From NCBI RefSeq assembly GCF_004010195.1, contig NC_057719.1:56510192-56559389 (forward strand): a stretch of DNA of 49,198 nucleotides. The letters run 5' to 3'. Positions within the stretch are counted from its first letter, which is position 1. Each line of letters opens with the position of its first letter. Under the pieces are notes generated by a model. It ran no database searches. It was not told the origin of the DNA and saw only the letters and a program-made list of their open reading frames with translations. This DNA comes from Chiloscyllium plagiosum (Eukaryota). A program made the position numbers and the translations under genes. This document shows, one piece after another, positions 1 to 11,254 of the stretch.

Positions 1-362
1 CTTCTCCCAATTGTAAAACCTACCCTGTTGCACGCACCTATCTCTCTCCATTACCAAGGTGAAAGTCACAGAATTGTGGTCACCATCACCAAAATGTTCA
101 CCCACTAACAAGCCCATCACTTGTCCCGGTTCTTTACCAAGTACCAAATCCAATATGGCCTCTCCTCTGGTCGGACAATCTACATACTGTGTTAGAAAAG
201 CTTCCTGGACACACTGCACAAACACCGCCCCATCCAATCTACTTGATCTAAAGAGCTTCCAATCAATATTTGGGAAGTTGAAGTCGCCCATGACTACGAC
301 CCTGTGGCTTCTGCACCTTTCCAAAATCTGTTTCCCAATCTGTTTCTCCACATCTCTGCTGA
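1..362 (-). mobile_element. CR1-type LINE fragment (ORF2 endonuclease region)
   Basis: Resembles the CR1 ORF2 segment at ~36200-36750 (e.g. gaattgtggtcaccatcaccaaaatg, tctacatactgtgt). The minus strand encodes an APE-like VVMGDFNFP motif. Confidence 0.8.
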
Positions 363-556
363 GGGGGAAACCATTTCTGACACTAATTCAAAATTACCAG
401 CATTTAGGTTATAAAATTTGAAAACCAAAAGAATGGTGGGATGCTTTCTTAATTAGGAAGGTAAAAATGTATACTGAATAAAAAGTAAGTTGTATAGCAA
501 GCGTTTTCACCTTTTCATTGTAAAGGAATTTCTGGGCCTCTTCAATTTCTTGAAAT

Positions 557-1106
557 TGTGAGTAACAGAACTCACTCACAAATCAATCAGCCTGAGACAA
601 AGCCTTGGAAACAAGAACAATTTATTATAGTCTTGCAAGAACTGGACGCCTCTGCAATCAAGCAGAAATGCGCGCAAAAACAGAGCATATTAACTTTCTC
701 ATAGTTTACAAGTTGCGGAATCACGCCTCCCTTTTTCCCATCCTATCATAAGCCGATTACCTCACTTGTTAGTTATTTTCTTATCTGGCCATCCTGCTGT
801 CCTTGTCTGCATTCTTTGTTCCTTGTTTGTTACAGCTTGTCCTTTTATCCAGTTTCTCTTATCATACTATAAGCTTTATTGTGAAATACCCCTGCTGCTT
901 CTTTTTGTGGTCAACTACAACATTTTAAAGTTATTTCCTAGCTTAAAACTATTTTCTTTAAAAGACCCTCTATATTCATTTAAGTCTTAGCCTTAAGTAT
1001 GCTACATGCTACCAGAATTCCGCGACCGTTTGTATAATGTTCCCCTTCCCCTCCCCCCACACTACACCCCCACCCCCATCTGCAAAAACATTTCTAATCT
1101 CCCACA
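557..1106 (-). repeat. 3' LTR of the provirus (550 bp)
   Basis: Minus strand reads TGTGGGAGATTAG...TTACTCACA with AATAAA at 621-626. Direct repeat of 6870-7215, preceded on the minus strand by the PPT. Confidence 0.95.
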
Positions 1107-1125
1107 ATTCCCCCATTTTCTTTTT
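1107..1125 (-). promoter_or_regulatory. Polypurine tract (PPT)
   Basis: Minus strand AAAAAGAAAATGGGGGAAT directly abuts the 3' LTR. Confidence 0.9.
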
Positions 1126-1222
1126 CTCTAACTGTTGTTTTTGCACTTAAGTCTCCTTTAATTCATTTTCTTAGGTTCTGCCCTCTTACGCCTATTGGCA
1201 ATGAGGTTCACAATCTTACATT

Positions 1223-2715
1223 TTACATTTGTGTTGTTCGTCCCTCGAACTCTAAAAGCATTCTTTGACTTTCTCTTTGTTGCATATCACCTGCTGATTG
1301 TAAAAGCATCTGATGATTTATTTGGGTTCTCTCCCCAAGGGATATCATCAGTCGGCTCATTACCCATTTTAGGACATTGAACCCTACCACCAGAACTAAT
1401 ATCAATAATCCATAGATAGCTAGATTGACTAACCACCTTCCTTAACCAGTCAATCCCCAATTCCCCCATTCCCATCCTTTTTCGTTCCGGTACCGATTAC
1501 CGGCCTCCCTTATCTTGGCGATATTGTCTTGCACATGTTTGGAGATATCAGTAATGTTAGAGGAGACCTCAGGTATGTACGTACAACATTCCTCTCCAAT
1601 TAGTGCATAGGTACCACCCTTCTCTGCTAGAATATAATCCAGAGCCATCCTGTTCTGAAGGGTCGTTAGCCTAGTGGCAACCATTTCGGCCGTTATGGTT
1701 GCTACTTGGGATTGGGTTTCGGCCACGCATCAGCAGTATTGTTGGCCAACTCTTCCAGGGAAGCCNNNNNNNNNNNNNNNNNNNNNNNNNNNNNNNNNNN
1801 NNNNNNNNNNNCATCCTGTTCTGAAGGGTCGTTAGCCTAGTGGCAATCATTTCGGCCGTTATGGTTGATACTTGGGATTGGGTTTCGGCCAACGCATCAG
1901 CAGTATTGTTGGCCAACTCTTCCAGGGAAGCCGCCAACATTTGTATTTCTGCTCCTGCTCAAGCGGTCCCATACATAGGTATCAAAGTCCAGAGGAGGTG
2001 ATCTCCTTTGGTTACTTTCCGGGTTACTCGCCTTCCTCCCTGTTTATTCCGAGGTATTTTTGGGGCTCTCTTTAACAGCTTCGTGGGGAATTATATAGGC
2101 GAGGTAGCAACAGCCACTCCAGCCTTTCTGGCTTTGAGGCAGTGTTTGAACTGGATGGTCCCAGCACCTATTCCTGTTACATCCGCCACTCCAAACATAC
2201 TTCTCGCTGGGGATAAATGGGTAGGCCTTTAAGCCACCCACCCAATATGTCCCATTCAATACTTGGGGAATAGTCGTGGCAGTGGCTTGGCTGGTGTAGA
2301 CACAAGATGATCTTCCTAATCGGAAGGGTGCGGTATCATTCTGATTACAGAAACAAGTGGTATTTACTGCTCCTTTCGGTGGGGAAACTCTCAGGCCATC
2401 GATAACACCGAGTTTTCTGGGCTGGTCGAGGGAACCATCCTGCAAAGTTATAATTACCCCTTTCAAATCTCCCAAGTTGTATCATTTGGGCCCGAGTCAA
2501 ATTGTTGTACGTCGTACACTTCTTTGGTAAGTGGTATTACCGTGAGAGGAATTCCGGATTCCCCATGGTGTGGGATCTCAGCACATACCCAACAGTCGGT
2601 ATGCCCCTTTAGTTTAGCATAATTCTGACATAAAGCGGTAAAATGATTTTTCCCACCCCCCCCTCTTGGCAGCTAGCACCAATATTATCGTGACAATACA
2701 AAGCTGACCGCTCAT
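1223..2715 (-). pseudogene. env: ERV env (gamma-type SU/TM), disrupted by stops and frameshifts
   Basis: Signal peptide MSGQLCIVTIILVLAA, CWVC motif (~2585-2596), RRVTR furin-like site, immunosuppressive domain LQNRMALDYILAEKGG, CX6CC mutated to YALIGEECC, TM helix LAIYGLLILVLVVGF. Confidence 0.93.
1766..1811. other. Assembly gap (46 N) flanked by a ~120-bp duplicated env segment
   Basis: 1646-1765 repeats at 1812-1932 with 2 substitutions and a 1-bp indel. Confidence 0.9.
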
Positions 2716-2872
2716 TTCAGCTCGCAACCCTATCTGTCTATTCTCTAACCCTTTGTATGCCAGGGAGGAGTGAGTCCATGCAACATTTACAATTGTTTTG
2801 GGATACAGTTTTTTTTTAACCAATACTTAATAGTCTTTTATCTCAGTCCATTCTTTTTGCTCAGCTTGATTT

Positions 2873-4202
2873 TCAGAGGGTTGTCTGTAGGATGTGCTTG
2901 CCACTCTGCCGGAGGGGAAGGAACGTCCACTGGGCCTTAACACGAGTGTGATGACTCCACCCTTTTTCAGCAGTTCGGATGGCTGTTTCAGTAGTCAGGA
3001 GGGTTAGGAACAGTCCCTCCCAGCTTGGGTGCAGTTTGGTATCTTTCCAGGTCTTTATCAGGACCCAATCACCCGGTCGTATCTGATGTACTGCGAACTC
3101 AAGTGGAGGTGTCTGGGTCAACAGACCCTTCTTTCTAAGGACAGACAAAGAAGAGCCGAGCGCCACGATATAGTTCTTTAAAAACTTATCATTGAACTCT
3201 ACAGTTGGTTATTCCCCTTTTCCACCCAAGAAAGGTAATCCAAACATCATCTCATAAGGAGAGAGGCCTATATCACGTCCAGGCGCAGTCCTAATATGTA
3301 GCAACGGGATAGGTAAACATTTTGTCCATGGTGATCGAGTCTCTCAGACTAGCTTAGACAATGGCTTCTTTAAGGTTTGATTCATTCGTTCCACCCATCC
3401 AGAGGAAGGCAGGTGCCAAGGAGTGTGGAATTCCCAAGAGATCTCTAATCCCGCCATTACTTCTTGTAGGATCTTAGAGGTAAAATGGCTACCTTGGTCT
3501 GAATCTATACTTTCCACCACTCCATATCGAGGAATTATATGTTCTAAAAGAGTTTTCACTATCTTCAAAGTAGCTGAGGACATTGGAAATTCCTCCACCT
3601 ACCCAGTTAGGTGATCCATTAGGACTAATAAGTACTTTTGTTTCCCTACTGGGGTAATTCTGTGTAATCTACCTGTATTCTTTGAAAAGGTTTTACCCCA
3701 GGGTTTCTTCCACCTCTTGCCCCCCCCCCTCGTTACTTTCTTATTAATCTTTTGGCAAGTCAGGCATCCTGCGCATACCTGCTTGGCTAATGTATATATC
3801 CCTTTACATCCGTACTTCCTTAACACTATGTCACACATGGCTTGGGAGTCCCAGTGACTGCCTTGGTGCAAGGTAGTTAGGATGTTTCTCATAACTGGTT
3901 TACTTAATAACTCCCTTCCATCCGGGAGGATCAATCTTCCTTGGGTTACCTTAGCCATCGTTACAGCTACTGCACTATCCTCCACCCCAATTTTTAAGCC
4001 CAGCAATATAATTAAATCCCTACCTAATAGATTACTTCCAATGTCAGGAAGTAGTCAATTTAACAGCGGTAGGTTTAAAACTTAGGGATGACTGTGCCGC
4101 TCCCGTCTCCACCAAAAATACTGCCTCCTCCCCTTCAGGTCCCACCTTTAAATTTATCAAGGGTTCCCGGTGGGTCTCGGGAGGAAGGAACCCCTGACTC
4201 CC
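2873..4202 (-). pseudogene. pol: ERV pol remnant: protease plus integrase only (RT and RNase H absent)
   Basis: After the gag TAG: GSQG...LVETGA (protease), then NLLGRDL running into LHQGSHW...CAGCLTC (IN HHCC), SDQGSHF, VERMNQTLK, SPYEMMFG, PGDWVLIK...WEG. Several stops and frameshifts. Confidence 0.93.
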
Positions 4203-5682
4203 CTAATCTTCATCTAAGGTCATTAGGGAAACTGCTTCCCTTTCTCGTGCTAATTCCGGGCATTCCCGTTTAAAATGCCCCACTTTCCCACAATGGTAAC
4301 ACCCTGCCTGTTGCCTCCTTTCTCGGGTATCTGACCCTTGTCTCTCGTGTCCTCCCCTACCCTTCCAGTTATCCCCTGATCCCATTCTCCTTTTTGTGAT
4401 TTCTTCTACTGTCTCCACCATCATTTTGGCTTTCTGTTTCTGCTTCTCGTCTTCCCTTTTCACATACACTTTCTGTGCCTCACATAACAGTTCTTCCATC
4501 TGTCTTTCACTCCATCCATCTGATTTCTGTAATTTGTATGTCCGGCCATAATTTAGTTACAAACTGGACCTTTAAGAGTCCTGTGCTATCGGATTATCGG
4601 GATCCATTCCCAAATACTTCTTTGTGGCTTCCTTGAGCCTTTTAAGAAATGCAGAAGGGGTTTTCATCCTTCTCTTGTCGTATTTCAAAGGCCTTAACAA
4701 AGTTTTGTGATCGAGGTGCCGCCTCTTTAATTCCTAATATTACCATTTCTCGTAGATCCCGCATTGACTCCCTATCTTCTCTGTCATTATTTTCCCAATG
4801 AGGGTCAACATTTGGGAATCTCTGTTCTGCTGGGGCCCCTTCTTCCTCAACTGAGTGCTTCTTTTTCCATTCCTGTAAAGCCGCTCTCCTAATCATACCT
4901 CGTTCTTCCCCTGAAAATAACGTTCCTAAAATTGCCATCAGTTCTCCCCAGGTATATAAATTAGGCCCTAGGAATTGCTCTAATTGTTCGGTTAGTCCAA
5001 CCGGATCCTCAATTAAACTTTTCATTTCCTTTTTAAAGACCCTAACTTCACCGCTAGTTAAGGGAGCGTTTACATATCCGATTGTACCTTCCCCAATCGG
5101 AACCTCTCGTAAGGGACATAATTTTCCATTATCTCTGCCCCTCCTCGAGTAATTCTGCCCCCCATGTTCTGCATCTTTTAGTTCAGAGTCCGTTCCCCTT
5201 TCTGTGTCTGTACTTCGGGAGCTGTCGGCTTGTTCCGGGGAGTAGTATATGGGGGCGGCAAACACGTTAAGGGATCCCATTGTGGCTTCCCTTTTTCATT
5301 CTTTTTTCCTGATTCCTCAGTATTCATGGGATATAATTTTACTCCCGTGCTCCCTATCCAACAAACCGCATATTCTGACTCTTCTTGACTGTATGTTTCT
5401 TTCCGATTGACGTATATATTTAGATCTTGGCACAGCCAATCCTCATCGGACCCATATTTGGGCCAAAAAAATATACCAGGCGCCTTAATACTTACTCTAG
5501 TCCAAACGAAACAATAGTTTATCATTGTAGTTTATCATTGTAGCCTTATCTTTCTCCCACATCTGGGAGTTGTGTTCCCAATTACCCAACATTTTCCCCA
5601 AAGGATTGTCGGGCAGAATATATTCCCCTTTAACGTTATTTACAGATCGATCGTAACCCAGGCAACTCCCCATGCCTCCCAT
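4203..5682 (-). pseudogene. gag: ERV gag (MA, late domains, CA, NC), frameshifted
   Basis: MGGMGSC start, WPKYGS matrix motif, PPPY and PTAP, capsid PLREVP...RQEKDENP (MHR), single CCHC knuckle CYHCGKVGHFKREC, TAG stop. A 13-bp tandem duplication (5515-5540) causes one frameshift. Confidence 0.93.
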
Positions 5683-6088
5683 TGTTGCTAATTTAATTAA
5701 TTTAATGAGGTCCGGTGTCACCTTCTTCCACACCCCCTTCAGGGTCCTGACTAGACACATTACTCGTCCGATTAATCTGACCAATTATATGCTTTTTAAG
5801 ACTTCAACTGTTCTCCATAAATCACTTTTTTGTAAGGAAAAAGAGATTAGTTAGAAACTGATAGTAAGGCAGTCCTGTAAAAAGACTGGAGTTAACATTT
5901 ATTTCATAATCTGTAAAATCTTCAACCTTAAAAGAAATCATGTTAAAATTTCCATAGTAGAAATCAGATTCAAAATAGTCCTGGATCTCAAGCTCCAGGG
6001 ACCAAAGCACAAACATTCAATCACCAACAAACAAATGTGCATTCAAACCGAAGCACAAAAGATTAAACTTTCTACTTGCTGTACAGTG

Positions 6089-6319
6089 CCCACTCCCTCT
6101 CCCACTCCCTCTCCCACTCCCTCTCCCACTCCCTCTCCCACTCCCTCTCCCACTCCCTCTCCCACTCCCTCTCCCACTCCCTCTCCCACTCCCTCTCCCA
6201 CTCCCTCTCCCACTCCCTCTCCCACTCCCTCTCCCACTCCCTCTCCCACTCCCTCTCCCACTCCCTCTCCCACTCCCTCTCCCACTCCCTCTCCCACTCC
6301 CTCTCCCACTCCCTCTCCC
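6089..6319. repeat. Perfect 12-bp tandem repeat (CCCACTCCCTCT) x19 in the ERV leader
   Basis: Directly visible; produces low-complexity ORFs in several frames. Confidence 0.98.
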
Positions 6320-6846
6320 GACACTTTGAGCTTCCCGCAACGACTCCTCTAGCTTTTGAATATTTTTCTGGACGTCTGGCCATACGTTAGTTACGATGTG
6401 CACCCTCAGTAGCCCTTCAGCTACTAGCCCTTCTGACATGGGCTGTTTTCCATTGCCATATGCTTAATTTTATATATCGCCAATTCCCCGTACTTTCGTA
6501 CGCCCAACCACCAAGGCAATACTTAAAGGTCTCTTTTCTTACCTTGGTCTGTGCACAGGGTTACCTGGTCATTTCGGTGCGTCCAGTCCCGCGGCAATTC
6601 CTGCAGCAAATACCGCTGCCTCCCAGTCGCCCGGATATATCCTTTAAGACCTTTCCCACCCAGGTCTTGTGCACAAGAGTTGCCCGACCGAACCTGCCGC
6701 ATCTGCCCGCCTTGTTTCCAGGGTCTCCCAGTCCAGATCATACTCGCCCAAACCACGAACGACAAGCTAGGGAGTCGGAGATCACTGAAATCGGCGAGGT
6801 GCACCTCCCCCGTCGTCCCAAGAGTGTCGAGCGGTCGGAGTTTTGG

Positions 6847-6865
6847 ATCCCGGAACGAGGCCCCA
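6847..6865 (-). promoter_or_regulatory. Primer-binding site, tRNA-Pro-like
   Basis: Minus strand TGGGGCCTCGTTCCGGGAT versus the MLV tRNA-Pro PBS TGGGGGCTCGTCCGGGAT (1 mismatch, 1 insertion), 4 nt from the 5' LTR. Confidence 0.85.
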
Positions 6866-6869
6866 AAAT

Positions 6870-7215
6870 TGTGAGAAACAGAACTCACTCACAATTCAAT
6901 CAGCCTGAGACAAAGCCTTGGAAACAAGAACAATTTATTACAGTCTTGCAAGAACTGGATGCGTCTGCAATCAAGCAGAAATGCGCGCAAAAACAGAGCA
7001 TATTAACATTCTTATTTAGTTTACAAGTTGCGGAATCACGCCTCCCTTTTTCCCATCCTATCATAAGCCGATTACCTCACTTGTTAGTTATTTTCTTGTC
7101 TGGCCATCCTGCTGTCCTTGTCTGCATTCTTTGTTCCTTGTTTGTTACAGCTTGTTCTTTTATCCACTTTCTCTTATCATACTATAAGCTAAAACAACAT
7201 TTCTAATCTCCCACA
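6870..7215 (-). repeat. 5' LTR of the provirus (346 bp, lacking ~200 bp of U3)
   Basis: Same termini as 557-1106, AATAAA at 6934-6939 (minus). About 10 substitutions and one 2-bp indel over the ~320 shared bp. Confidence 0.95.
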
Positions 7216-10200
7216 AAATTGCGCTATGTTTTTAAATACTTTACATGCTACAAATCATTTAGTTTTTCCAGAATAATTTGAATTATTTCATATGTTTAAA
7301 AAAACTAGAGTATTTCTACTGTGTACAAGTTAGTCTGTTAACAAAGGAATGATGCAATTTTGTGAAGTAGGTTTAGACAAATTCAGTACACTTTAATATT
7401 ATATGGTAATGTCACATTTGTGATTTGGGTGCAAAGCTCACACTACAAATTTTGTCTTTTGAGTTTCACCAGAGATAATTGTACAGCTTCAAATGGGAGT
7501 TTCTTATTCACATGGTCATCATGTAGCTATAGATAATCTGCATATGGATTTTCCAAGTCAGTATTCAAGCTGAATTTGTCTTGTTTTCACTACACCCATT
7601 CATTCAAACTCATTTGCAGCTTTGTGCTATGCACTTCTCTGAAGCAGAGATGTTTCCTGGCTGTAGCAGCTTTCTGGAATATGCATCTCTGACCGTGTGC
7701 TGCAGCAAGTACGTAATTGAATAATACAGCTAAACGTTTTCAAAACCTACAAAATTTTATTAACAAAATTGTGCTGGTATATCTGCATGGAAATAAATGA
7801 ATTTGTTGATTACATTAAAATTGCTGTCTGGAAATTATTGGAATTACTTTCTTTTGGCCTTCATCAAATCTTGATACATCAATAATTTTCTTTCGAGATT
7901 ATGAGGCTTCTTATAATAGCAGAAAGAAAGTATTTTATGTTGGTTAACATCAGCTGAATCCAATTTGTAGATTTAAGGCTTATTTGACATAGTTTGGGTT
8001 GAAATGAGAACACAGTATTCATAGCTTCAGGTCAACGTTAAAGATCCCGTAGCATCTTTTAAAAGAAGGAGAGAATTTCTCAAGTATTCTAGCTACTTGT
8101 CTTTTCTTAAACAGCATGAAAAACAGCAAGATGAATCACCTATTCCAAGTCTGCGTAGATAATAGTAACTATAGCAGTGTTAACAGGAAAAGTATACCAA
8201 GGTGCTACAAAACTAATCAAAATGAAATGGATTCCGACAAAACGAAGTAAATATTAATAAAGGTGACTAAAAGTTTGGTTGAGAAGGTTCATTTCACAAA
8301 AGACTTTAAAGGAGAAGTGGAAGTATAAGACAGAAATGATTTGAACGATAATTCCAGATTGTGGGTTTGGGCATCACCAGTGTTGGGAAGAAAATGGGAT
8401 GTGGCGAAACAATTTTACCAGAACTTTCAATACAGTTGAAGATTGAAAGACCGACAAAATGGCATGGAAAGAATTTGTATGGTATACCTGATGTCTTGCT
8501 GCTGCAAAATCATTTTGCCAGCTGTAGAAAAGCTGACAGAATAGCTAACTGCTCAGAAGCCAAATGAACCTGTTTGGTGGACCATTAAGGACCTAATTCT
8601 TCACAGGCATTTTGCCAATGTTGGAAAAGCCTATGGCCACAACCAGCTTAAAGACTGGAGGTCTCCCTTCGGGCTCTCGGGTTCAGGCTTCCATTGTAGG
8701 CCACTCCAAGGCACACTGAGGTGCCTCCCCAATCCCCTTTCACCCCAACCTATGGCTACCCTCAGTAAGCCCTCAATCTCCACTCCACACATTTTTTGAT
8801 GGAACTCGCTAGTGTAACCTTTCCCTGAACACACTGCATCCTCATCGTACAGGTGCAGTTTCAGCAATGGCACTGCTGAGTTTCTCGTTCTCTTAATTGC
8901 ACTGGCAACTCATTGAGCTGTTGACTTTTGTAAAACAGCCAGCAACAAAAATGTAGCTGTGGGTCCCACAACTGGCAAAAGTAGAGAGGGAAGGAGGGTA
9001 TGCTGTATCTCTGGAGAAAGATCTTCTTTTCCATATCGATGCCTGCAAATGATTGTGTGACCTTTCTACATACCATCATTCAGGACACCCAATCCTGGCT
9101 GAAAGCAACAAATATTGTCAATACAATTGTCTCCACAGAAGACTGACACACACACACAGAGGGCAGATGAAGCTATGACAGACCTACATTTCTAACATTA
9201 GTTGCTGTTTTCACAGATTTTTAAAGGTCTCAAGTCTTTTGGTGGATGATTGGATACTTGAGTGAGTGGGTAGTTAGATGATGGGGTGGTTGGTTCAGGT
9301 CAGTTGGGCAGGAATGGCAGTTGTCTTTTGGGGTGCTGTTTAGGTCAATTCACGGGTATAGTCATATGGGGTTGCTGCTTGGAAGAGGTAATCATGCAGG
9401 CAGTTGTCAGGTCAAGTAAGGACAGTAGTCAGATAAGGTCAGTGGAATAGTTATTTGCAGTGGGATATGGTCAGATGGGGTTATTTCTGAAGGGAGGAAG
9501 GATAGTTGAATTAGTCAAGGGTTTTTGGTTTGATGGGTTAATTGGTTGGGGTATGATCTTTTTGGCACGCTGTAAACTAGAATCTACCAAATCTGAAAAT
9601 GACTTTTTTATCCTGAATTTGTTTCCTTCTCATGAGCTCAACCTCTTTCCTTATTAATATTATTACCCAAAACCTGAATCTTTGCAGCATTGTATACCTC
9701 TTCTTTCAATTTAATACCTCCTTAATTTCTGTAAACAATCAAGAATGGTTCATTGCTCTTAGTCTTTACACAGTCTGTTCTTTTCTCCCTTTCTAAAGAT
9801 AAAGAAAAAGGTTTGTTCAATAAAGAATGACAGAAGAGATGCGTGTTCGGGGCTGAGACAGGGAAACCGTGCTGGAGGTTTATCTAGGTGGGAAGGACAA
9901 ATTCTGTGAAACCAAAATAAATTTCAATGATATTCTTTGTAAATCGTGCTTTCAGACATGTTAGAGATTCAATAAGAGGTTAGTTTTTATATTATGTCAG
10001 TGCAGTTAGAACTATCTATCTCAGTCTTAAACTTGTACTCTTGAAATCCTCTAGATAAATAACAAGACAATCAGTGTATGCATGGTGTACCATAGCTTTA
10101 ATGAGCAAATATCTCGTGACATTTCTGAAATATGAGATAAGCCAATTATGTATAAATACCTGAGTTGTTTTTCATTTAATAATGAATATTGGGTATCTCA

Positions 10201-11254
10201 GCCAATATCAGTTTTTATATTGTCTAGACGTTTCACAGTAATGATTAGTGGACTCAGTGTAACCACTATTCAAGTTTCCAAACAGATGGAAAAGTTTTCA
10301 AACATTTTTCTTTTTGAGATTTACTTCTCCGATGACGAGTTGCACTTCACACAACAATGAAGAGTTTACTTCCCATCTCTGCTATTTGAAGATCTTACTT
10401 TCTCAAGTATTTTAATGTGTAATTAATGTTGAAGGGAGTCAATTTTGACTTAATGCAATTGAGCCTGTTGCTGTCCTGTTATTGCCAATTCTTGCAGGAC
10501 CACATAGCTCAGAACTTGATATCACAAATTTATGGGAGTCCATCCACATTTTATATGTGTATTCATATCTTTATGCTGCATAAATGGTGCAGCACAATTC
10601 TTTCTTGTAATATTGATGCAAAGTCAATTATTACATTTTGATAATTTGGTGAAAATTGGCAGTTTGTATTTGTGGTGAGAACAAGTTAACACAGTCATCT
10701 TGTACATTTATGGTTTATTTATACAAAATGAATAGACATTCTTGGAAAAATAATCGTCAAATGAGTTAATGTGGATTGTTAGCAGAACTTGGCAGACTAG
10801 GAAAGTCCAAAATTCAGTTCTAGATAGGGTGTCTATTGTTCTACTTTATATTAATTGATGGGACTGGGTCAGGATTCATTGGCAATTTCAGATGGGCAAT
10901 GAGAAGGTGGTGGTGAGCTGCCTTTTTGAATCACTCCAGAGTATTCAAAAGTAAGTTACATAACATTGGCCCAGCAACAATATAGAAATTGTGACCTAAT
11001 TTCAAGACAGAATGATGTGTGGTTTTAGAAGGGAACTTGTAGGAGGTAGTCTTCCATGATCTGCTGTCCTTTTCAAATAATGGGGACTTAAACCCAAATG
11101 TAGAGGAGAAGTGTTTTTGTTTTCCACAGTGTAGAAACATTGCTTGGTTGCTGAATAATATCACAGGCATTTTTTGTGCAATTTAAATATCATGAGCTGC
11201 TTAACTCCTCCATAGTGAAGGAGAACATGACAAACTACTGCAAGTCTTAGATAT

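Larger units (their letters stand above)
557..7215 (-). mobile_element. Defective endogenous retrovirus (gamma/epsilon-like, class I): LTR-gag-pro/int-env-LTR
   Basis: Two TG...CA LTRs, 4-bp TSD AAAT (553-556 and 7216-7219), PBS, PPT, and gag/pro/int/env remnants in retroviral order. Confidence 0.97.

Noticed and set aside
1223..2715. Domesticated (syncytin-like) env
   Set aside because: Multiple stops and frameshifts and a mutated CX6CC motif; there is no intact ORF.
3599..3601. Probable TGG-to-TAG stop in integrase as a sign of APOBEC-like hypermutation
   Set aside because: Single instance; many other Trp codons are intact.
6035..6390. Low-complexity ORFs (PTPS, HSLS, EGVG, REWE repeats)
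   Set aside because: Translation artefacts of the stop-free 12-bp repeat. Not a CRISPR array because there are no spacers.
6460..7206. 248-aa plus-strand ORF across the ERV leader and 5' LTR
   Set aside because: Antisense to the provirus with no recognisable domain; the 3' LTR copy has a 2-bp indel that breaks the same frame.
10148..10360. FTVMISGLSV resembling the upstream PRORP exon motif FDVVIDGLNV
   Set aside because: Both aspartates (one catalytic) are missing and the flanking residues do not match. The true exon probably lies upstream of the window.
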